From positions 34,100,001 to 34,164,000 of the forward strand of contig CM120642.1 of NCBI GenBank assembly GCA_051362555.1: a stretch of DNA of 64,000 nucleotides, written 5' to 3'. The notes beneath the pieces are model-generated. The model saw only the letters and a program-made list of their open reading frames with translations, did not search any database and was not told where the DNA came from. Both the position numbers and the translations under genes were made by a program. This document shows, in pieces, positions 13,601-26,050 of this stretch; positions within the stretch are counted from its first letter, which is position 1, and each line of letters opens with the position of its first letter. The DNA is from Lingula anatina (Eukaryota > Animalia > Brachiopoda).

Positions 13601-16600
13601 GTCTTGTTGTTTGTGTTGTAATATCTGTGTCCTTTGATATTGTTATAAAACCAGTCATGTTGTCTGTGTTGTAATATCTGGGTCCTTTGATATTGTTATA
13701 AAACCAGTCTTGTAGTCTGTGTTGTAATATCTGGGTCCTTTGATATTTACCTAAAACATAAATTCACATAAAGCATTGAATAAACTAACATTTGAACAAG
13801 TATAAAATCTAATCCTTTACTGATTGTCAAATAAACAACATGTACAGCAGCTAGAGCAGCACTACCCTGGTATAATATCATAAAGATTGGCAACCACAAA
13901 GTCAGCATCCTAGTTTATATATATATATCATGTATAATCATAATGTGAGAATAACTGACTGAATATATGTAATCCATGTATACATACTTGTTTATGTTGT
14001 AAGTAAAAATCTCTGATAATTTCTTTTTTTTTCTTCTATAAATATATATCTTTAATTTTGCATTTATGAATGTTTTTGTGTATTCTATTGTTAGGAAACC
14101 AAAGTATATAAATACCAAAAATTAGAAATAGTGGAATAATAATAAAAAAGGCAAAACAATGAAAAAATAAAAGATTCAAATTATATATTTTATTTATTCT
14201 GACTGTGATTGTTAGATTATCTTGAATTGGTCTTTTTACTTTCCATTTGTATTTTTGTTATCAGTTGCTTAGCAGAGTAGTGGGTGAATCAAAGGATGGA
14301 TAATACTTTTATTTTCTGACCCAGATGTTCTGTCAATTTCAACATAGTTTAGCTAACCACCTGGCTTCTCTTTCCACTGAGTGTTTTTATAACATTTTAC
14401 TTTAAATAATTTTGATAGGAGTTATTGAAGTCAGCTTTAGTTACCTTCTCAATGTTTATTTTATAGCTCTGTAATGTAAACTTCATTCTGCAGCATATAA
14501 TGTACTTTTATTTGTAAAGAGTGAGCACTGTTAATACTGTGATACCTGCATCACACCAGATTTCACAACTCATTGGTCACAAGACACGGTGGTGGTGGTG
14601 GTGGTGGTGGTGGTGGTGTTATATAGTGGTAACTTTTATATAGTAAATAAAGACCAAATTAAACAATTTCCTTTTAATTTAGTATTTTTCTTTCAGTTTT
14701 TTCCCTTAAAGCATTGTTTGCTCCTAAAGATTTTCTGTGACATTGTGCCAGGATAATTAGTAGAATAATGATAAAAAATAACAGGAAAAATGAGAAGTAA
14801 TGATAAGGGGGATTAAAGTCCTATCCTGCTGAACAAATAAACTTCTTGAGTCCTTGTGTATGTCTTTCTCAAAAGGGAAGGAGGAAGTAGATCAGCATGA
14901 AACAATAAGCAATTTATTTCACAGTGCGTAGTAGCAAACAGAAACCACTTCTGAGCTCACTACAAACATTACCATATCTTTTTCATTTACATTAGATATC
15001 AGACAAATATAATTTCATGTCAAACCTTATAACATCAGTCTGAGCATCACCAGTAAAGAAATACATGTAGCCCAATCCCCCTTTTATAAGTGCTGAAGAC
15101 AGAGGGGGGGGGGGGGAACTAACTAGTCTATATGGCTGACCCACTTGAATACTTCTCCACGGGATATCTATTCGGTGTCTATTAGCGAATTAGACAGCAA
15201 GCTTTGTGGTGGGTTGCCATATTTGACCCTCAGATTAGTAAGTCCTGTATTCTGAATGGGGCCTGAACCGTGCGTAGGCATGTGCACACTGATGTACAAG
15301 GAAGTATAATATTTGTTTGATGACTTTGGAGGACTGTGTGAGCTGAGACTTCCCACGTGGGGGAATTAGCACAGTTTGGAAAGACCTAAATTGTCAAACT
15401 TTTAAACTTCACCACAGTTTTCAGAAACAGATCCTTGTATGTGTACTTTTGATAATTACATTTCAGTTTGTTCATTAAATTATGGTAAAATAACTTAATT
15501 ATTAGGATAAAAGAGAAAGTAAAAGTATCCAAGAAGCATCAGGTCACATTTTAATGATTAAGTACCAGAAAGCATTTTGTGTTACTGTTCGATTTACATG
15601 TACCTCTTTGGAGTTTTATGAATTCATTGCGGTGTCAGTTTCATTTGCATTTTAATGAATTTCCAAGAAATGCAGAAATTAACTTCCCTGTTTGACAGAT
15701 TTTTTTATTTGTGATATACCATCTTTTTCTCAAAGTGACATAAAACAACTGAATAGATGAAAATTAGTAAGTTGAGTTGAGTAAGTTGAGTAAGTTCAGT
15801 TTATTTGGCAGCATATTGTGAGGAGGTTTCTCCTCTAGTACCTACAAACTACGTAAGCTGTGTGATCAGGATAGTGCTGCCATCTATATTTCAGGATGGT
15901 ACTCCAGTAAGGCCAGGAGAGAGAGGAAAGAGAACCAAGGCTGCATGTTCTAATTAGTGAGTAAACCTGTACTGTTACTGGGTTCCCATCCCCAGATTGC
16001 TCTAACAAGATCAATCCATCTCCATGGGGTCCTTCGCTAAATTGCTTTCGGCCCAAGCAGCTTAGACATATGGGACGCTCACTAAAGTTGCTAAACGATA
16101 GTACCCCCTATCAGCCTCAGCAGGCGTGACAGACATCTAAGCCACTCAAGTTAATTGCAGTTAAGTGAGAATCCCCTCTGAGATAGTTTGATTCAAAGTT
16201 AGTGGATATAGTCTCTGGAAATGGTCTCTATTTGTTTCTGTTGACAAAGTCAGAGTGCTTACAGCCTTACAGTAGATATCATTAAATCAGAAAATAAAAA
16301 GTCTTCCAAATTTAACTCCGGCTATGTTACTTTAAGGAAAAGTTGAGTTGAACAAAGCTAATGCAATTCTTTACCGGGTATTATTTTTCAGTTTTTATGA
16401 AGATATTCACAAGAAGTGCACTTTGTGTGAGCTTTGTGGAGCACGTGATATTTTGGCAGGCAGTTCCAGTAGTAACATTTTAGACCATGGTTGTACAGGT
16501 CCCTCTTCATCTCCAATCTGGTGTAAAGCAGAGACAGGGACCAAGCCAAGTTAGTCTATAATAACAATAGAGAAAGAAGCAATAGTGCCTGAAAGCTGTA

Positions 16601-19600
16601 TATGGCATAGGCAGAACACATAAACATAAATATGTAGCATTGATAACACTGTTTGTAAAATGTTGTTGGATCTTTTGATGCTATAGTCTTCTTTCAGTTT
16701 ATTTCCTCATTCATTTTCATCCAGTGTTCATACTTGAATATACTTAACTTTTACGATGTTTTCCCTTTCAAGTTTGCACAAAACTCAAAGATGTCCCCAA
16801 TGGCAGCATAGAGTGCAGACAGGAGAGAGAGGACCTGATTTTACCTGGAACTGTGTGTACTTTGACATGTGACCCAGGGTACAGGCCAGTCCAGAACAAC
16901 CTCACCACACAGTGCTCCATACAGTCCTCTGAAAGGAGCGTGGAGGCTGCTTGGAGCAGAACATTGCCAGAATGTGTCTGTGAGTGTCAACTGAAAGATG
17001 TCATACATGTGATTTAACAGTCTCTATCATAGCTATACTCATACACATGTGCAATGTAGGTGTTCATTTTGCGTCTCTCTTCTCTGGAATTTGCCAGTGT
17101 GATTTGCTTCATGGTGTGTATCAAAAGCTGCACACATTTTAACATATGAAGTCCATCTGATCAATTTGTGGTTGTTGTTTTTTCTGTAGTAATCCCTGTG
17201 ACAGAGGCAATGTCAACCACAGAAAACGCAACAATGGCCAGTGCTACTACTGCTATGGTACAAAGTGATGAAATAGGGTTTAATACCAAGACATCCCAAC
17301 CTTTCAGATTGAGTGGTAAGTGTATTAATATCTTTCACAACAGAAGTTAAAATATATATTTTGATAACCAGCATATACTTCAGCATAATTTTTGTTTTGT
17401 CAGGTCATGCCTTTGATTTTATCTATATCCTCCTTCATCTTGTTGAATAACAGCCTTTTTCATCTCTCTAGCACTGTAAATGTAATCTTCAATGTTTAAA
17501 CAATATGTAAATTTTAACACTTTGTTATGAAAATAATTTCATAAGCTCTCAAAAAAGAATTTAAAGAAATGAGATATTTTAAGCTCATATCTATTTTACT
17601 TTCAGATTTTTGGTTTATCATCCCACTTTCAGTATTACTACTAGTAGTAATAGTAGTACTAGCTGTAGTAATAATGAAGAAATATGACTGTCTAAAAAAC
17701 TGCCCATTAAAAAAATCTGAATTAACTGAAGTCATAGTGATTCATGAATGCGACCCAGATGTTATATGTCGCCATGGTAATAGTGGCAACCAATCTGATA
17801 CTGGTAGGTTTTGGTATTTTTTGAGGAGCTTTTAAGTCCCACATAGACAGTAAAAAAGAACTTAATTATAAAGAGCTAATTTTTTAGAGTGAAGGATTCA
17901 GAAATTGGACACACAAATTTCTACATCTTTAGATAGATGCACACCCATTATTTTCCATAGGAAAATATTTCAGGTGATCACTACTGCTATATTAAAATGT
18001 CCTTACAGCATTTAGGATCAGAGGGAGAGGGAGGGGTTGGGCAAAAATATTTTTGGGGTTCCTGGATCGACCAGTGAGCTTGCTGTTTAATGTTTAAGTC
18101 AAGTTGTCTGTGTTAGTAATAATTAAAATGGCATTGCTCTAACTGTTGTTTGTTAAACACCTGAAATAAAGTAAATGTTTGCATACCATCTGCATATTAT
18201 TAAAGCCTTAAGTTGAACATTCATAAATGAAATAATGTTCAAATGTCATTTCTGGTGCTTTTTGGTATTATTAATGTTATCAATTTAATTAAAGGTGAAG
18301 TGTATTTTTTTACCCTTTTTTCAAGATTTAAAGATTTTTGTGACTTAAGCAAAATAAATAAATAAATAAATAATTTTAAAAAATGAAATACTAATTATAA
18401 TAATAATAATCATGAATGATCCCTCAAATTTTAAGTGACTTGACATTTGTATGGTTTTGATTACATTAAAGGTTCCTGCAGCAAAGAGGCCAGGAAAGTG
18501 GATAATAAAGCTGGTAGCAGTGGGAGTGAAAGTGAAAGTGAAAGTAATGATTCTGGGTTAAGCTCAGACCTCAGTCATCAAGGTGAGTATTTACATTTAT
18601 CTTACACTTTGATTTATATGAATGTTGTAGTATTCATAAAATATATTGGAACATGACATATCTAAGACCCCATTCCCATGCCTCGATCGATCTGGCTAGA
18701 TCAGTCCATCTCTGATGGGATTCTTGCTTAAGCGGCTTAGATATCTGGCATGCCTACTGAAACTCCTAAAGGATAGTTTATTACCCCCTTACAGCTTAAG
18801 CAGAGTGCAATTTAGCAAGAATCCCCTTGGAGATGGACCGATCCCGCCAGATCGATCTAGGTATGGGAATGGGTCTAAGTTGAATGATTGTGATGACTCA
18901 CCAACTTTACTCTATTTTGAAACAAACAAATTGATTGAGAAGTAGTTTTAAAATATTCCAAATTATACAAGTATGAACTTTGGTTTCAGTCAACCTGTTG
19001 TTTTTGCTGATCTCAGAGGGTGATATTGACCAAAGGTGCACCTCCCACTTCCCTCTCCCTCATTCTCTCTGTCACCTGAGGGGAAGTCAAACACTCTTCA
19101 CCAATTTGTTTTTCACATTTGTCACTGACCTCCCACCCTTAGCAAAGTCTTGCATCTGCCAATGAAAATTGTACACAAATTGTATTTTTAATTTAATTAT
19201 ATGATGTCAGTACGAATCTTTACTTGTAGATCAGCGGACACCCATGGAACATGATGAAATTGGCACTATACCTGCATCTCCCCCAGAGCAAGATGATTGG
19301 ACAGAAGATGACGAGGACTTATGTAATTTCCTTGACAACCTAGGGTCTCTTAGCAACAGTAGAACATCAGTGGATGTCAAGTATCCAGTGGAAGAGGGCT
19401 TCTGTCCAGGTGGTGGTAGATACCAGGCCAGAAATCCAATAGAACACTCTTTTTATTCTTCTCAGGTAATTGTGAAAATCATATAGGTAATTTTATCTTT
19501 TTTATGAAAAAAATGTTTATAGACACAATCATACACATTTTGTTCACATAGATTATATAAATTGTATACCTACTCTGAAATACTACTACTACTGCTACTA

Positions 19601-20943
19601 CTACTACTACTACTGCTACTACTACTACAGGTGTCTGCTGGTGCTGTGAGTAGTTTCCCAAGCAGACAACCACTGAGGAAGGAGGGTCATGGTGTTCTGG
19701 AATCCTTGGACCCTCTGAGTAATTTACCAAGCAGACAGCCACCCTCAGGGAACAGCCATCCATCTGGTAGGAGACACTGCCTTGAACTGTTGTGTTTACT
19801 TATCTGTTACCAGTCTGTTAATAGACATGTATTCACTGGATATATTGAAAAAACTAGTATCTGTATTAATAGATCTGAGGATCTTGCAGAAAATAGCAGC
19901 AAGTTTTATCAGAGTAGAACTAATTGATGCATTTTTGTGACTTTTTTGTGCTTTTTTCTATTTTGCACAATTATATTGAACAATACATACATCTTTTATG
20001 TTTTGAAAATTTTTCATGAATAAAAAACACAAAAAAAGATTAAATTCTTCAAATATTTTTTAAAAGCAGAATTTCCTATTGATGAAGATGATGAAACCAC
20101 TCTGCTAAAGAAGGCCCATAACAGTGATGGAACAACTAAAAGTAAGATTTTTATGTATACCCTGTAAGTCACACATGGACATACTAGATGTAGGTACTTA
20201 CTAGTAAAATTATTTGTTTCTTTTATATTGAGACACTGTCTGCCACTATTCTGTGACTGTTCTATTCTGTTTTATTTTTAATTTACTGTGTAACATTGTT
20301 CTGTTAAAGAATGGTACCTTTTAAAAATCAGCATGAGCAGCTTATTATAGCAAAATTCATTGTTTTTTTTATGTTTTTGCATATATTTTGGTGATAGTCA
20401 AGTGCCCAATCATATTTTTGTTTTATTTTAGATTTTCAGTGCCTCTTTGTATGGTAATAAAGCAGATTCCTTTTGAAAATTGGCATGAACAGATTTCTTT
20501 TATGAAAGTGATGGATTTTAAAAAATGATTTTTGAAATCTTTTTTGCTGTTTGACGTGTGTATATTTGCCAGCTTTGCTGTCTCATTATCTTTAACAGCT
20601 GTTTTGTGTTAACACTAGTGTCAAATGTACCAGTACATCCGCAAGATATTTTGAATAATATTACAATAATACATGTTAATTGAATTATTGCAGTGATTGC
20701 TGCTGTTGCTGTAATTTAAACTTGGTTTGTAGCTGTAGGGCCAGTGTTATCAACATTTGGTGGGACTTGCTTGTAGTTTAATGGGAATTAAAGTGGATAA
20801 ATTATTTTTCAGATAAAATTGCTCTGGAGACCCTAACTCAGCCTGTTGAGTTACTCTCACTGCTTGAGAAGGAATATGGTGATGAAGATGCCGAAGATGG
20901 AATTAATAAGACAGTTGATGAAGGTGATGATGAAGACAGCTGA
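10627..20943 (+). CDS. Type I membrane protein with one sushi/CCP domain, S/T stalk, TM helix and long acidic cytoplasmic tail (multi-exon)
   Basis: Phase-compatible GT-AG exons: 16392-16498 (Cys-rich), 16773-16979 (CTKLKDVPNGSIEC...CTLTCDPGY...QC...WSRTLPECV, sushi), 17190-17315, 17606-17803 (TM FWFIIPLSVLLLVVIVVLAVVIM-KK), 18472-18582, 19230-19465, 19631-19766, 20070-20141, 20813-20943 (stop). Putative signal-peptide exon 10593-10680 (ATG 10627, MKYSLPWLSLTIYLLLTD) is phase-incompatible with 16392, so one exon is missing or the 5' end is wrong. Confidence 0.72.
10846..13747. repeat. 53-bp minisatellite, about 43 copies, first unit interrupted by the TIR element
   Basis: Unit ttataaaaccagtc(t/a)tgttgt(t/c)tgtgttgtaat(a/g)tctg(g/t)gtcctttgatattg with 4 recurrent variant sites. 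Confidence 0.97.
10892..11506. mobile_element. 615-bp non-autonomous DNA transposon, 77-bp perfect TIRs, 8-bp TSD (hAT or P superfamily)
   Basis: 10892-10968 is the reverse complement of 11430-11506; gggtcctt is duplicated at 10884-10891 and 11507-11514; no ORF in the track. Confidence 0.93.
15981..16227. mobile_element. Diverged copy of palindromic Harbinger-type MITE family
   Basis: Shares gatcaatccatctc...gctaaattgc and gagaatcccct..gagat motifs with 18666-18875 and 61791-62040. Confidence 0.55.
18666..18875. mobile_element. PIF/Harbinger (Tourist-like) MITE, 210 bp
   Basis: Long imperfect TIRs gacccattcccatgcctcgatcgatctggc / gccagatcgatctaggtatgggaatgggtc; TAA at 18663-18665 and 18876-18878. 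Confidence 0.85.
19581..19628 (+). repeat. (CTA/CTG)n microsatellite abutting a splice acceptor
   Basis: tactactact...actactacag|gtgtct. Confidence 0.9.
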
Positions 20944-21367
20944 CTTCATGCACATTAATGTAGCACAGTGTCTGACCAGCTGTTTAATTGAGGGAATTAA
21001 GACCACACATTTGCAGTCCATGAACTACTTATTCATTTGAAGAGTCAGTTTATGTGAGAATTGTGAAGTTCTGTGTTTTGACCTGGTGTTGGCCAAATCT
21101 AGATTTGAACCAATTATCAAGTTGGCCTTAAGTGCTGAAGAAAAAAGAATAAAATACAGGAACACTTGCCATCAGGCTGAATGTGGTATTGCTCAACTAT
21201 TACTTTACTATTACTCAACTATTATGCTTATATTATAAATTTTATACTTACCTCTGATGTATTGGAGAAATAGCTATTAGCTTTTTTTGGCACAAAAGCA
21301 CACAGTGATCTGCCTTTAAATTTTCAGTTATTGAAATGCTTATATATTTTTGCATATGCACAAACAT

Positions 21368-21409
<42 letters not shown>

Positions 21410-22130
21410 AACAGTTAAGTGATCTCACATTTTTACTGCATTTTAAGGTCCAATTCAGTTCAAACAATAATCAATATGCTGTAATACTAATATCTTCCAT
21501 ATATTATATTATATTATATTATATTATATTATATTATATTATATATTATTAAATTCATATATTGTTGGATTTTGTGCTGGCACTTTTCTACATGTGAATT
21601 GAATGTCATATGTTTTAATGATGGATATGTAAGATACAATGTATCATGCAGTACTTACAAAGTGGAAAAAATTACGTTGGTGGAAAATTCCGAGCAAATT
21701 TTCAAGACCAAAGAAATTTTCAAGTTTTTACTGTACATGTACCAGTACCTCGAGTTTCAGACCCAACGCAGCAGGCTGCTTTATATTTAAGTGTTGCCAC
21801 ATGTCAACTAACTGATAGTTACATACACAGGTAATTGAAGATACCAGTAAAGCTGTTATAATTAAGCTCTGAAACCCAGGGAAAAAGTTAGTACAGCTTA
21901 AAAGTTAGTACAGCTTAAAAGTTAGTACATGTTAGTCAGCTCTGCTGTCTTAATAAACATACAGATTGGAGATAAAAAGAAATATAATATTTGCTACTTG
22001 CTTAAAGCTTACAGTTATTTTATTTTAATTTTTTGATTTTTTTTTCTTGAATTTTTAAATAGATTTTGTTTTTTTTTGTTTCATTGTATGTTTCAAATAT
22101 AGTAATTGCAATATATTAAACTTGGCTGGA

Positions 22131-22270
22131 GCACCATTTCTAATACCTGGGAATCTCTGTAGCACCATTTCTAATACCTGGGAATCTCTGTAGCACCATT
22201 TCTAATACCTGGGAATCTCTGTAGCACCTTTTCTAATACCTGGGAATCTCTGTAGCACCTTTTCTAATAC
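22131..22270. repeat. 31-bp tandem repeat, about 4.5 copies
   Basis: Unit agcaccatttctaatacctgggaatctctgt. Confidence 0.9.
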
Positions 22271-22517
22271 GTGTACTTTTGTAGCCTGAAGTGAAAAATA
22301 GTGTTGTCAGTATATTTCTCATTTTATTTTTATGTAAAGACTGAATGTCTTTAAAAGCTACAGAAATACAGATCAAGGCACTGGATTCCTAGATTTTGCA
22401 CAAAATTTAATAAAAGATTTTGCTGTAATTTCTTCTTTCTTTTTACGGCTATTAACCCCTGTCTACTTTTGCTGTTATTCAAACAGTTGCGACACACTTA
22501 TGTCTGTCCATTTGACA

Positions 22518-22929
22518 GAATCGTTGCGAGAATCGTTCTTCAAAAAACGACACTGGTTTCTGGGCATCAGAATCGTTTTTTAAAAATTCAATAAAATTAA
22601 AAATTTTATTTCAAACTACAAAGGTAGGCCCCGGGGACCCTCTCCCCCCTCTTCACCCTCACACTTACCCCCCCCCCCCCCCCCAGCCCCACGTAAACCC
22701 CATTCCCGGCTTCCGCTGTGCAGGCTGCCTGTGACTGGTAGAGGCGGTCAACCCGGCCTCAACGCACGGCGAGGAGAGACCGTAACATTCTCCGCAAAAC
22801 TGATTCTGGCTTCTCAGAATCGTTTTTGAAAAACGAAACTAGTTTCTAGTTGCCAGGTTTGTTTTTGAAAAACGACACTAGGTTCTGGTTGCCAGGTTCG
22901 TTTTTGAAAAACGAAACTAGAAACCAGAC
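22518..22929. repeat. Element with repeated short palindromes (cgtttttgaaaaacg), likely a transposon relic
   Basis: Palindromic motif in about 39-bp units at 22818-22929, with related copies at 22531-22587. Confidence 0.5.
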
Positions 22930-25467
22930 ATTAACTTCAGCGCTCTTTGGTTACGCCCCTGACGTAAATAATTCGCCTACTTCCAGAGAAAATGATTACA
23001 GCAGCAACTCTCCTAGTCACGTGCGACCTACCTGTGGTGATTTACATAACAACTAGTCAGTGGGCACGGTGTGAGCCGTTTTCAGAATTATAGTCACTTG
23101 ACAGCTGGACTGTGTGAGACGAAGACATAGGACCGAACTTTCAAATGCGTTGAAGCAAATATGTCTTGTAAGTAAAATTCCTTTTTCAGTCTTGTAATGA
23201 AGAGGTGTAATAATGAAAAAAGGTTACGCGTAACGTGAAATGGCACTCTGTCGGTAATGACCATGGTGTTATTTGCATCCAGAATGTTTCTCACAATGGC
23301 CCCTATTCAACTTTTCTAGTACCGTGCAGTACACGTTTCTGGGTATTCAATTTACCATGTTATGTCCTCTAAAATACCAGTTGATAATGTACATGTAGCT
23401 GGGTTGTCCTTCACATTTTGAAGTTGTGTGGTGACCGTCTTTTAAAATATTAAAAAAAACTCTATGGACGCATGGAGATTTTGTTGTCCAGTCATATTTT
23501 GTTGTCCATTTTCTGTCACCGTTATTTTGTAGACATTTCTTCAATATTTGTTCAATTCACTAGTATTAAACTTTGAGTGTCTGTACTAATAGCTGATATA
23601 TATTAGATTGCTTTTAAAATCTTTCTCTGTTTTTTAATTTGAAGCTAAAACACACGAATGAAGGTAGAGGTTTTAACTTTTAGGTATTTTTCCCTGGCCA
23701 TTCGTTTCAAAGTGCTAGAGACAAATATCACATTTATTTACATTTGTTCAGAAATATACATGTTTATAGTTCTTCTGTGCTCTTTTTATTCTAATTTTAT
23801 ACATTTTAATTGAAATTTCTTTATAAATTTGATGCTCAGCCAATGCTAATTCTTTCAATATCAACAATACTTTTTCATTGGAAGTTTATTTAGTCGAAAT
23901 GAATACATGTATCACCTTAGAATAATCGATTGCGTTATTAACGTATTATATTCATATTTCAGAACTACAATCTAATTCGCTGACTGCAGAAGGCACGTGA
24001 CTGATGGAACCACGCCTAGCCTTCAGTCCGTATTAAGGAACTGGACACACTCATGCAAACGAGCGCACACGTACATACAGTTATAACATACAGTTGAACA
24101 GTTTTATGAACTGGTGAACTGGCGCGTGATCTTGTAGTGATTTTAAAAACGTTTTAGGATTACATATTGATTCTCTTAGTTGAAAATGAAATTTACTGAT
24201 ATAATTCATAAGCTATGTACCTTGGGTATCAATCATATTTATTTTTAATTGTTCCAACGAGTTCGGATGAATCTTATTCCATTAAAACACTTTCGGCTAC
24301 TCAAACTATCTACACGATGAATTAAACGTTGGGGATAAAGGTGTGTTTTTTTAACCGTATAGTTGGTATAATCTCTGGTAAGATCATTCTTTAAAGTCGA
24401 TTAGCTATCACATGATATTTTTTTTCTTAATTGACATTGTAGAATTGCATTTATTAATTTTAAATGTTTATAACGCTGTAATCGTAAACTAACGAGTGAC
24501 GAACTATTTCACCCGAATAAATTTACATTTCTTGTTGGAGTTTTCAATTTCTAAACAAACCAGAGACGATTATAAAAGTGGTGTTTACATACACAAGCTT
24601 TTTAAAATATGTGTAATTTAGTTCAAATTGTATTCTTTGAACTCTTTCAAAACACACGTAAAAACTTTGCAAATTGTCAAATGATATCTTTGCCCAAATT
24701 TTGTCCACGTATTGAGTTCACTGTTTGTGTGATGCAGTGCCTTATGTCGCGCATTAAGATTTCACGTGAATGTTTTAAATTCCGATTGTTATTTTAAAGA
24801 AAGATATGTATTTAATTTCAGTTACGCCCTGGTCTATCTTATTAACTAAATGCTAAAACATGACAGCTAATTTAAACAAGAAATTAAGATATGCTGTTTA
24901 TTTTTTCCAATTTATCATACAGCATACTTTGATCAATCCCATTCTTTTTATAACAAAACCCTCCAATTTTTATTATTTGCCTTTATCCTTGTACGCATAC
25001 TCTATGGATATTCTAACATCACTTGTGAAGCAACGTTTGAATCTGAAACCAAAATCGGTAAGAAAGACCAACATTTTGAAACAGTACACCAGTATTCCAA
25101 AATTCAGTATCGTTAATTTACTTAATTTTCATGAATTTTCGCCAAGCTTGCTTGTACTGGTATGTATTGCGTTTGAATGGTCCTTTTCATGTGCAAAAAA
25201 CAATTTTTCTGATGTATGTGTGTATGTTGCTATCAAAATAGTTGCGTTTCTACTGAATAAAATAAAATATGCATTAAACTGTTTTTACATGCAATTTATT
25301 AAAACTTAGGTTTAGGTTAATTATCATGCATACTGCACGTACAAAGCTGTTTGCAATAGATACTTTAAAAATATATTTGATTCTGCAATCCTTTAATTCA
25401 AATCTTAATAAATTGTGTTATAGTAAAGCACGTGGTGTTTTTTGTTTTTGTCCAACCCATGTCGATG

Positions 25468-26050
25468 CGTGACAAGTGGGGCAAGTCTGTTTTATTTCAA
25501 AGGGTTACAAGAGGGGCGGGTCCATTTTACTTAAGGGGTGACTAGTGAGGCAAGTCCATATTATTTGAGGGGTGACAGGTAGGGAGAGTCCATTTCATTC
25601 AAGGGGTGACAGGTGGGGAGAGCCCATTTCATTTGAGGGTTGACAGGTGGGAAGAGTCCATTTCATTCGAGAGGTGACAGGTGGGGAGACTCCATTTCAT
25701 TAGAGGGATGACAGGTGGGGAGAGTCCATTTCATTAGAGTGGTGACAGGTGGGAAGAGCCCATTTCATTCAAGGGGTGATAGGTGAGGAGAGTCCATTTC
25801 ATTCGAGGGGTGACAGGTGGGGAGAGTCCATTTCATTTGAGGGTTGACAGGTGGGAAGAGTCCATTTCAGTCGAGGGGTGACAGGTGGGGAGAGTCCATT
25901 TCATTCGAGGGGTGACAGGTGGGGCGAGCCCATTTTAATTGGAGGGTGACAGGTGGGAAGAGTCCATTATATTTTAGGTGTGGCAGGTGTGGCAATTACA
26001 TTCTACCCGAGGGGTTGCAGGTGGGGTGAGCCCATTCTATTTTGAGGGTG
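25468..26050. repeat. 34-bp G-rich minisatellite, about 17 copies, degenerate at both ends
   Basis: Unit gaggggtgacaggtggggagagtccatttcattc. Confidence 0.92.

Noticed and set aside
10846-13747. CRISPR-like appearance of the regular arrays (also 39783-44152 and 49584-51014)
   Set aside because: Units are head-to-tail with no unique spacers, no cas genes are present, and the context is eukaryotic.
13690-13770. 53-bp array as another junction-derived array (minus-strand ttttag|gtaaat at its edge)
   Set aside because: The site occurs once, outside the repeated unit, and no minus-strand gene can be built around it.
19562-19630. Poly-Leu signal peptide at the start of ORF 19562-19927
   Set aside because: It is a translated intronic (CTA)n microsatellite; the exon begins at 19631.
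24860-25309. 149-aa ORF and other short ORFs in 2000-6100, 23000-27000 and 54000-64000
   Set aside because: AT-rich composition, no recognisable motifs and no consistent exon chain.
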